The translations under genes were made by a program, and so were the position numbers. Positions 18,595 to 25,819 of a DNA stretch of 30,122 nt are shown here, piece by piece (the first letter of the stretch is position 1; each line of letters starts with the position of its first letter). Origin of the DNA: Gemmatimonadota bacterium (GTDB lineage: Bacteria > Gemmatimonadota > Gemmatimonadetes > Longimicrobiales > Gaopeijiaceae); the NCBI GenBank assembly GCA_039589315.1, contig JBDHHQ010000112.1, positions 1-30,122 of the forward strand. Direction: 5' to 3'. A model generated the notes under the pieces. It made no database searches. It worked only from the letters and a program-made list of their open reading frames with translations, and was not told where the DNA came from.

Positions 18595-20007
18595 ATGGAG
18601 ACCTCGAGGCGCAACTTCATCCGGACCATGGGCGTCGGGCTCGCGGGCGCCGGGGCAGCGGCCAACGCGCTGGCCTGTGCGGATCCGGCAACACAGGCGG
18701 GTGGCGGATCGGAGTCCCTGCTCCAGCGCGATCCGGACCACCTGGAGCCCGCACCCTTGGGCTACGATCGCCTTCCGCTCGAGTGGCATCAGGAACGGGC
18801 CCGCCAGCTCAAGGAGAGGGCGGGGGAGATGGGAGCCCGGGCCGTGCTGCTCACGAGCGACCAGAACATGGTCTACTACACGGGCTGCTTCCGCCGCAGC
18901 GGTGAGCGATCGACCTGGGTGCTCTTCCTCGCGGACGAGGCGGATACCGTGTATTGGTACTCGCCTGGCATCGACCGCGACCTGGTCACCACCTGGTGGT
19001 GCACCGAGAACGAGTACTACTTCGGCTACCCTCACGCCGAAGGCGGATTCCCCAACCTGGCGCAAGTGGTCCAGGGACCCACCGTGGACCTGTTCGAGTG
19101 GCTGCTCGAAGGGCTGGCGGCCAGGGGCCTCCCGGGTCAGACGATTGCCGTCGACAGGGAGCTCACCGAGTCCGAGCGGTCCGCAGCGGCCCGGCTGCTC
19201 CCGGGCAGTCGGTTCGTGAGCGTCGGAGGGGTCTGCCAGGGGATGCAGGTGGTGAAGACGCCCGAGGAGCTCGCGCTGCTGCAGCGAGCCTACCGGTACT
19301 TCGACCGCATCCACGCGTTTGCCCGGGACTACATCCTGGAGCGGGGTACCGACCTGACGGACTTCGAGCTGGGGCAGGCGCTGCAGGCGTACGGCATCGG
19401 CTTGTTGATGAACGACGTAGAGCGGGACGGACGCCCCCACACGGGCGTGGGGATCGAGGTCACCTCGAACTACGTGCGCGCGGGCGTGGCGTCGGCCTAT
19501 CCCCACCCCAACCAGTTCTTCCACAGCAAGATCGAACGGGGCCAGACCGTCTATGTCAACACGGACATCAAGCTGGGCGGTATGGGCGGTGAGTGCTACC
19601 GGAACTACCTGATCGGTCCGTGGACGCCCGAGCAGGAACGTCTCTGGGAGGTCGTCTCCGAGACCGTCCAGATCATGGAAGAGGACTGCAAGGCGGGAGC
19701 CGTCTGCTCCGATGTCGCTGGGAGGGTGCACCAGCATCAGGTGGACAGCGGCATGGCCGACTTCATCTATCACCGGCCCGGGCACGGCCAGGGACAGTTC
19801 TACGTCGGGCACCAGCCGCCTTTCCTGGCCCTGGGCGACTACACGCCGCTGGCAGAGAACATGACGTTCAGCGTGGAGCCGGGGCTCTACGACGCAGGCT
19901 CCGGGATCGGGATCAACCCGAGCGACAACCTCAGAGTGAAGGCCGAGCGTGGCGTGCGCTTCTCGAGCGTGCCCTTCTCGAAGGAGTGGAGCTTTTTGAC
20001 GCTCTGA
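18595..20007 (+). CDS. M24 (pita-bread fold) hydrolase with Tat signal, 470 aa
   Basis: METSRRNFIR twin-arginine signal, a creatinase/prolidase-like N-domain, and motifs VKTPEEL, YPHPN, HRPGHGQG and FSVEPGLY. An alternative ATG at 18544 overlaps the upstream stop. Confidence 0.88.
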   Translation: METSRRNFIRTMGVGLAGAGAAANALACADPATQAGGGSESLLQRDPDHLEPAPLGYDRLPLEWHQERARQLKERAGEMGARAVLLTSDQNMVYYTGCFRRSGERSTWVLFLADEADTVYWYSPGIDRDLVTTWWCTENEYYFGYPHAEGGFPNLAQVVQGPTVDLFEWLLEGLAARGLPGQTIAVDRELTESERSAAARLLPGSRFVSVGGVCQGMQVVKTPEELALLQRAYRYFDRIHAFARDYILERGTDLTDFELGQALQAYGIGLLMNDVERDGRPHTGVGIEVTSNYVRAGVASAYPHPNQFFHSKIERGQTVYVNTDIKLGGMGGECYRNYLIGPWTPEQERLWEVVSETVQIMEEDCKAGAVCSDVAGRVHQHQVDSGMADFIYHRPGHGQGQFYVGHQPPFLALGDYTPLAENMTFSVEPGLYDAGSGIGINPSDNLRVKAERGVRFSSVPFSKEWSFLTL

Positions 20008-20155
20008 TGTCGCGGATCGGCGGCGGAGCGAGCGGAACGGCAGATCGTCCGGGAGCGCGGCGGAGGACCCGGGCGGATGGGGGGCCGATGAGCCGAGCCG
20101 GCGCAGGGAAGGACCGACTGGAAAGCCCAATCGGTAGAGACCATAGGGAGGACCC

Positions 20156-20776
20156 ATGAGACGGTCGTCGAGAAGAGCAGGTATCGGTGTTGTCGCGCTC
20201 GCTTTGGTCGCGATGCCATCGCTGGCACAGCAGTCCGTGGCTCAGGAGACCGCCGACCACGAGGGCATGGACCACGACGCCATGGAGCCCGAGGCCCACC
20301 CGAGCCTCTTCGCCGATCTGGGTGAGGACATCGCGGTGGTCAAGAACAAGCTCCTGGGCCTGGCCGAGGCGATCCCCGAGGACGCGTACGACTGGCGGCC
20401 CGGGGAGGGCGTCCGATCGATCCGGGAGACGCTCCTGCACGTGGCGGCCGACAACTACTTCATCCCCATGGCCCTGGGGGCCGAGCCACCTCGCAGCAGC
20501 GGCATCTCCGGCGACTACCAGAGCACCAGGCGATTCGAGGAGCAGGCGCTGTCGAAAGAAGACGTCATTGACGCCGTCCAGGTGTCCTTCCAGCACCTCC
20601 AGCGCGTGCTGGGCGACGCCTCACCCATGAGCGTGGGGGACGAGGTGGACCTGTTCGGGCGTCCGTCGACCGTGCAGAAGACGTGGATCCTGACCGCCAC
20701 CCACCTGCATGAGCATCTGGGGCAGATGATCGCCTACGCCCGCTCCAACGACGTGGCCCCGCCCTGGAGCATGTGA
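20156..20776 (+). CDS. DinB family protein with signal peptide
   Basis: GGAGG SD and a signal peptide. Motifs 'LAEAIPEDAYDWRPGEGVRS', 'HVAADNY' and 'HLHEHLGQMIAYARSN..PPWS'. Confidence 0.9.
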   Translation: MRRSSRRAGIGVVALALVAMPSLAQQSVAQETADHEGMDHDAMEPEAHPSLFADLGEDIAVVKNKLLGLAEAIPEDAYDWRPGEGVRSIRETLLHVAADNYFIPMALGAEPPRSSGISGDYQSTRRFEEQALSKEDVIDAVQVSFQHLQRVLGDASPMSVGDEVDLFGRPSTVQKTWILTATHLHEHLGQMIAYARSNDVAPPWSM

Positions 20777-20871
20777 GCGGCTCCAGCTCTCGAGCGATTC
20801 AACGACGTGGACGTAGGCGACGTGGTACCGTGTGACTGGCAGGTGGGCCTGGCCGTGGGGCCGAACAGCCG

Positions 20872-21531
20872 GTGACGGGCACCGACGGGACCAACCGGCC
20901 AGGGGATGGCGGCGTGGACTCGACGGACGAGGCAACTGTCGCCGCGGATGCGCAGGGTTCCGCCAGGCCGGGGAGTTGGCGGCGGGCGCTCCGCTGGGGA
21001 GAGAACCTCCTCCTCGTGCTGCTGCTGCTCTGGGTCGGTCAGCGTTTGGGCCCCCAGGTGGCTGCCCTGGTAGGGCTGAACCTGGGTGTGACGGAGTCGC
21101 CTGCCATCGAGGTGATGACCCGGTCCGGAGCGCCCTTCTCCCTGGCGGAGCACCGTGGCCAGGTCGTGCTCGTGAACTTCTGGGCCACCTGGTGTCGCCC
21201 CTGCCGCGTCGAGATGCCTGGCTTCCAGAAGGTGTACGACCGCTACCGCGACCAGGGGTTCACGATCCTCGGTCTCTCGACCGATGCCACGGGCGTCGGC
21301 ACCGTGGACGCCTATGTGACGGATCGGCGCGTGACGTATCCCGTGGCCATGGCGACACTCGAGCTACGACGGGAGTTCGGTGGGGTCCGGGAGATTCCGT
21401 CGTCGTTCCTCGTCGACAGGCAAGGGCGGATCCGCTATACAGTGCGGGGCTTCTGGGCCGGCCCGGCGCTGGGAGTGGCGGTGAGGCGCCTGCTCGAGGA
21501 GGATGCTACGCCGCGCCTACGTACTCCCTGA
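20872..21531 (+). CDS. TlpA/ResA-like thiol-disulfide oxidoreductase with N-terminal membrane anchor (start uncertain)
   Basis: Motifs GQVVLVNFWATWCRPCRVEMP (CxxC) and IPSSFLVDRQGRI, with an N-terminal hydrophobic segment. Confidence 0.9.
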   Translation: MTGTDGTNRPGDGGVDSTDEATVAADAQGSARPGSWRRALRWGENLLLVLLLLWVGQRLGPQVAALVGLNLGVTESPAIEVMTRSGAPFSLAEHRGQVVLVNFWATWCRPCRVEMPGFQKVYDRYRDQGFTILGLSTDATGVGTVDAYVTDRRVTYPVAMATLELRREFGGVREIPSSFLVDRQGRIRYTVRGFWAGPALGVAVRRLLEEDATPRLRTP

Positions 21532-21961
21532 ACAGAGCATCGACCGTGGCCTCCAGGTCCTGGCTCCGTCCCGAGTGAACCTCCGAGCACTGGAGCACGT
21601 CGGATCGGGGTGCGGTCAACCAGTGGAAACGCTCCGACGCTGGCGCCAGTGCGATGGGCCCGCACCCTTCGTCCCCCCGAGCCACACCCTCGTGGGTCGC
21701 GAGATAGCGGGCCAGTACCTCGGGATCCGCGCCGGCAGCTCTGGTCGCGAGAAGCTCGGGGTCCGTGATGACGCGGGCGCGTAGGAATCCCTCCGTCCGG
21801 GCGTGCACCAGAACGCCGACGTTCACATGGGCCTCGAGGTGGACGTGGGGCACAGCGCGGATGACCGCGAAGTCGTAGTCGATCCAACCTTGCTGGCTTC
21901 CCTCGCTGGATCGAAGGAAACTGCGCTCTCGAGCGGAGTGCCCGAGCCGCGGCCGGCTCAC
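21506..21961 (-). CDS. DUF3037 domain protein, 151 aa
   Basis: GTG start in a GTGA overlap with the kinase stop. Motifs YDFAVIRAVPHV, VNVGVLV, ERFHWLTAPRS, and VHSG. Confidence 0.85.
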   Translation of the reverse strand: MSRPRLGHSARERSFLRSSEGSQQGWIDYDFAVIRAVPHVHLEAHVNVGVLVHARTEGFLRARVITDPELLATRAAGADPEVLARYLATHEGVARGDEGCGPIALAPASERFHWLTAPRSDVLQCSEVHSGRSQDLEATVDALFREYVGAA

Positions 21962-22794
21962 CTTCGGGACTCCAGGCGCCGGGGCGGCCGAGCGAGCCGG
22001 GCGTCCCGAGCCGCTGCCGCCTCTCGGACCCAACTACGTGGCTCTGCCAGTCGAGCCAACAACACGTCCAGGTACCGCTGCCGGGTCTTGGCGGCGGGCC
22101 ACCCGGCTTCGCCGGAGACCGGATCCTCCAGCAGGGCGTCGGGGACGGCGTCGAGGACCCCCACGAGCGTGTCCCGGGTCAACCGGCCAGCCAGTTCCAT
22201 GTCGACGTCCTCGAGCGCTTCGGCATCTTCCAGGAACAAGTGATCGCGGACGGGCCGAAACGGGGCCGCCGCCTTCTCGGGGGTCATGCGAGACCAGTTG
22301 TGGTGGAAGTAGAGGGCGGCGCCGTGGTCGATGAGCCAGGGCCGCCGCTGCCAGACGAGGAGATTGGGATTCCTGTGCGTCCGGTCCGGGTTGAAGACCA
22401 ACGCGTCCATCCAGACCAGGGGCGCCACGACCTCCGGCGGCATGATGTGGAGGTCCCGCGCCGGTCGCTCCTCATAGTTGAAAGCGCCGTCGAGGTAGCG
22501 GAGGCCTACGTTGACTCCGTGACTTCCCAGGAGGATGTCCTGAATCTCCGGATCGCGCTCCGTGCGCCCGAACGAAGGCGCCACATCCACCAGGGCCACG
22601 TCCGGTACGGGCAGGCCGAGCTCCCCAGCCAGCAGGGCGACCACGATCTCGGACACGAGGACCTTCGCGCCCTGGCCGGCTCCCCTGAACTTCACGACCC
22701 AGAGCCCGTTCTCGGCGGTTTCCACCACGGCCGGGAGCGAACCGCCCTCACGGAGTGGGGTCACGTAGCGTGTTGCAGTCAGGGTGGGCAGCAT
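21958..22794 (-). CDS. HipA-like (PI3K/PI4K-fold) Ser/Thr kinase
   Basis: Motifs YVTPLREGGSLP, VVKFRGAGQG, catalytic loop NPDRTHRNPNLL and Mg-binding WLIDHGAAL. Confidence 0.88.
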   Translation of the reverse strand: MLPTLTATRYVTPLREGGSLPAVVETAENGLWVVKFRGAGQGAKVLVSEIVVALLAGELGLPVPDVALVDVAPSFGRTERDPEIQDILLGSHGVNVGLRYLDGAFNYEERPARDLHIMPPEVVAPLVWMDALVFNPDRTHRNPNLLVWQRRPWLIDHGAALYFHHNWSRMTPEKAAAPFRPVRDHLFLEDAEALEDVDMELAGRLTRDTLVGVLDAVPDALLEDPVSGEAGWPAAKTRQRYLDVLLARLAEPRSWVREAAAARDARLARPPRRLESRR

Positions 22795-22800
22795 GTGGGG

Positions 22801-22806
22801 AAGCTA
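22801..22806 (-). promoter_or_regulatory. Putative -10 element (TAGCTT) for a leaderless kinase transcript
   Basis: The minus strand reads GGG-TAGCTT-CCCCAC-ATG, a TAnnnT hexamer 6 nt before the ATG, with no SD. Confidence 0.5.
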
Positions 22807-22867
22807 CCCGATCGCCGGGGCGCCGGTCCAGCCGGACCGACGCCCCGACGGGCGACCCTGGTTCGAC

Positions 22868-23022
22868 TCAATCGTCGGAGATCACCGGCCGTGTCTCGAT
22901 GCTCACCACCACCGGGTCCAGGTCCAGACTCCTGAGCAGCCCGTGAAAGCGGCCAGCTCGGTGGCCACGATCTCCTTGAGCCGGCCCAGGACCTCGTTGG
23001 TCCCCCGTGCGGCCCTCGTGGC
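22868..23022 (-). pseudogene. Frameshifted 3' gene remnant, resembling the C-terminal helix of VPS10/BNR-repeat 'glycosyl hydrolase' proteins
   Basis: The minus strand reads ATRAARGTNEVLGRLKEIVATELAAF, then shifts at about 22943 to GLLRSLDLDPVVVSIETRPVISDD*. Codon usage is gene-like. No start codon or upstream gene body is present. Confidence 0.5.
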
Positions 23023-23062
23023 CCTCCCTCCTTGGCGCTACCGGACCGCAACGACGTCAGCA

Positions 23063-23114
23063 GCGAAATATCGTTGTATCACGAAAAATCGTTGTATCGA
23101 GCACGAGATTTCGT
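23063..23114. promoter_or_regulatory. Three tandem palindromic operator-like sites (ACGA-N4-TCGT) in an AT-rich island
   Basis: GCGAAATATCGT at 23063-23074, ACGAAAAATCGT at 23081-23092 and ACGAGATTTCGT at 23103-23114. The direct repeat ATCGTTGTATC occurs at 23070 and 23088. Confidence 0.7.
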
Positions 23115-23126
23115 TATCAAAGAACC

Positions 23127-24641
23127 ATGAGCGTCTCGGATACCCCTGATGCAGTCCCGGATCGGCCGACCGGCCGTCTGGATCCGAGCCAGGTGCTTCG
23201 GGGACTGCCGGCGGAGCTCTTCACGCTGGACGCCCAGGGCCGCATCGTGGAGCACCGATCGGAGAGCTCTGCGGACGCCAGCACGTCGGAGCACCGGCGG
23301 GGGCGCACCATGCGGGAGTGGTGCCGAGGCCGCGGTTATCCGGAATCCGTGGGGGAGCGGCGGCAGGCGGCGGTGGAACGTTGCCTCGAGACGGGTCGCC
23401 CGGTGTCTTTGGAGGAGACATGGCACAGCCCTTTGGGCGGGACGCGCCACTCGATCCAGGGCTACGCGCCGATCCTCGGCCCAGCCGGGGCACCAGAGGC
23501 GGTCCTGGTCCTTTCGCTGGCCGTTCCGCAGGAGGACCGTGGTCGGGGGGCGGGCTCGAGTGGCTCGAGCCCGGATTCGGCCGATGCGGAGCGAACGGCC
23601 CTGCGCGCCGCGCTCCGGCAAGCCGAGAGGATCAGGGAGAGCCTCGAGGAGAGGTTGCGAAAGAGCACCGATCCGACTCGCGCGGGGGAGCTTCCGGACG
23701 CATTCCTGTTCCGGCTGCCGGGCTTTGCGCAGGTCCGCGAGCGAGTCGAGTCCCTGGTTTCCTGGACCGGCCCCGTTCTGGTCTCGGGCGAAGCCGGCAG
23801 CGGGACCTCGGTCGTCGCCAGGATGCTCCACGATCAAGGGCGCGGGGGCACGGGGCTCCCGCTGGCACTGGACTGCGTCGATCAGACGGAGGAAGTGGAG
23901 GCAGCGCTCCGTCGCCTCACAGCGAGGGTGGTCCACCGCGACGGGGCCGCGGGCCAGCCCCCGACGGAGCCGGTGTGGTACACGGGGCTTACGCTCCATG
24001 GTCTGGAGGCCCTATCAGAGAGCTCCCAGCGCACCCTGAACGAGGCGATCGAGGCGCTGACTGCGGCCCTCCGCCCCCCGCCGGGGTCCGACGGGTGGAT
24101 CCGCCTCGTCGTCACGACCGCATCTGACTTGCGAGCCCGAGTGGCGGACGGACGCTTCCGGAGCGACCTGGCCGAGGCGCTGACCGGGGCGCGGATCGAC
24201 GTGCCGCCGCTCCGCCACCGCAGCGAGGACCTGCCCCTCCTGGCCGGCCGCCTTCTGGAGCGGGCCTCCCGACGACTGGGCCGCTCGGTGGAGCCCCTCA
24301 CGATGGCCGACCTGGGCCGGCTTTCAGCCTACCTGTGGCCGGGCAACCTCCCCGAGCTCACGACCGTCATCGACCGGGCGGTCCTGACCGCTCGAGACGG
24401 ACGACCCACCGTCGCGCTGCCCGAGGGTGGCGCCGCCAGCAAGGCCGCGGAGAGAGGCGGGCTGGGCGTCCCCGTCTACACCGAAGCCGAGATGCGGCAA
24501 CGGGAGCGTGACAACCTGCTGGAGGCCCTTCGCCGCACGAGTTGGAGAATCTACGGTACGGGGGGCGCAGCAGAGCTCCTGGGCCTGCCGCCGACCACGC
24601 TGACGTCCCGGATCAAGAAACTGGGATTGGCGCGACCTTGA
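23127..24641 (+). CDS. Sigma-54-interaction-domain (NtrC/FhlA-like) regulator with PAS-like N-terminus, degenerate AAA+ domain and C-terminal HTH, 504 aa
   Basis: Motifs PVLVSGEAGSG, GRFRSDL, IDVPPLRHRSEDLPLLA and YLWPGNLPEL, and an FhlA-type HTH 'WRIYGTGGAAELLGLPPTTLTSRIKKLGL'. Start is ATG 23127. Confidence 0.88.
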   Translation: MSVSDTPDAVPDRPTGRLDPSQVLRGLPAELFTLDAQGRIVEHRSESSADASTSEHRRGRTMREWCRGRGYPESVGERRQAAVERCLETGRPVSLEETWHSPLGGTRHSIQGYAPILGPAGAPEAVLVLSLAVPQEDRGRGAGSSGSSPDSADAERTALRAALRQAERIRESLEERLRKSTDPTRAGELPDAFLFRLPGFAQVRERVESLVSWTGPVLVSGEAGSGTSVVARMLHDQGRGGTGLPLALDCVDQTEEVEAALRRLTARVVHRDGAAGQPPTEPVWYTGLTLHGLEALSESSQRTLNEAIEALTAALRPPPGSDGWIRLVVTTASDLRARVADGRFRSDLAEALTGARIDVPPLRHRSEDLPLLAGRLLERASRRLGRSVEPLTMADLGRLSAYLWPGNLPELTTVIDRAVLTARDGRPTVALPEGGAASKAAERGGLGVPVYTEAEMRQRERDNLLEALRRTSWRIYGTGGAAELLGLPPTTLTSRIKKLGLARP

Positions 24642-24672
24642 AACACTCGAGATCCGGAGTCGGCATTTGACC

Positions 24673-25809
24673 ATGGTCTCACGACGTGACTTCACCCGCA
24701 TCGCCGCCGTCGGCTTCCCCACACTGCCCTGGTGGCTGGGGCGCGACGTGCCTGCCACGGCGAGCCCACCGGTGCCCGACTACGACGACTGGATCGTCAT
24801 CGACGGTCTGAGCGGCCCGGGCGAGCGCCTCGACTCCCCCGGAGCCATGGGGGGGAACCTGACTCCCAATGCCCTTCGGGACGTCAGGAGGTCCGGGGTC
24901 ACCGCCGTGAATCTCACCGTCGGCACCGTGGGCAACCGGGAAGGGCTCTTCGAGGAGTCCGTTCGGTCGGTAGCGGAGTGGCAGCGGAAGATCGTGGAGC
25001 ACCCCGATCACCTGATGTCCGTACGCACCGTGGAGGACATCCTGGAGGCGAAGAGGTCCCGCCGTCTCGGGGTGATCTTCGGCTTCCAGGACTGCGCCAT
25101 GCTGGAGGGGAAGCTCGACCGGGTCGATCTCTTCCACGACCTGGGGATGAAGATCCTGCAGCTCACCTACAACCGGCGGAACGAGCTCGGCTACGGGGCC
25201 ATCGAGACCGACGATGGAGGGCTGACCGCCTTCGGTCGTCAGGTGGTGGCCACTGCGAACGGCTCGGGAATCCTGATCGACCTGAGCCATTGCGGGACAC
25301 GCACCACCAACGACGGCATCCGGGTGTCGAGAGACCCGGTGGCCATCACCCACTCGGGCTGCCGCGCCCTCGCGAACCTGCCGCGGAACAAGAGCGATGC
25401 CACCCTCCGGCTTCTCGCCGACCACGGTGGCGTGGTCGGCATCTACTTCATGCCCTTCCTCCGCGTGTCCGGGCAGCCGGTGGCCGAGGACGTGATCCGA
25501 CACCTGGAGCACGCGATCAACGTGTGCGGGGAGGACCACGTCGGGATCGGGACGGACGGCGTGATCTCACGGCTCCAGCTCACGCCGGAATACGTGGCCC
25601 AGCACCGGGCGGACGTGGAGGCGCGGAGGGCCGCCGGCATCTCCGCACCCGGCGAGACCGCCGACGTCTACACCTACATCCCCGACCTCAATACGCCCCG
25701 CCGCCTGGAGGCCCTGGCGCACATGCTCGCGGCCCGGGGACATGGCGATACGCGGCTCGCCAAGCTACTGGGCGGCAATTTCCTGCGGCTCATGGAGGGA
25801 GTCTGGTAG
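24673..25809 (+). CDS. Membrane dipeptidase family (M19) amidohydrolase with Tat signal, 378 aa
   Basis: MVSRRDFTR twin-arginine signal. Motifs SGVTAVNLTV, LQLTYN, GLTAFG, IDLSH, ITHSG, RNKSD, EDHVGIGTDG and LGGNFLR. Confidence 0.92.
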   Translation: MVSRRDFTRIAAVGFPTLPWWLGRDVPATASPPVPDYDDWIVIDGLSGPGERLDSPGAMGGNLTPNALRDVRRSGVTAVNLTVGTVGNREGLFEESVRSVAEWQRKIVEHPDHLMSVRTVEDILEAKRSRRLGVIFGFQDCAMLEGKLDRVDLFHDLGMKILQLTYNRRNELGYGAIETDDGGLTAFGRQVVATANGSGILIDLSHCGTRTTNDGIRVSRDPVAITHSGCRALANLPRNKSDATLRLLADHGGVVGIYFMPFLRVSGQPVAEDVIRHLEHAINVCGEDHVGIGTDGVISRLQLTPEYVAQHRADVEARRAAGISAPGETADVYTYIPDLNTPRRLEALAHMLAARGHGDTRLAKLLGGNFLRLMEGVW

Positions 25810-25819
25810 GGGTCCAGCC

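Noticed and set aside
20813..20825. Short direct repeat CGACGTGG x2 upstream of TlpA
   Set aside because: An 8-bp GC-rich repeat is not distinguishable from chance without conservation data.
23063..23114. Repeats as a mini-CRISPR array or IS end
   Set aside because: The units are 12 bp with 6-10 nt gaps, and there are no cas or transposase genes. They fit operator sites better.
24627..24643. TTGGCGCGACCTTGAA as a sigma-54 -24/-12 promoter for the dipeptidase
   Set aside because: It lacks the GC at -12 at the required 10-nt spacing from GG, and it lies in the regulator's last codons.
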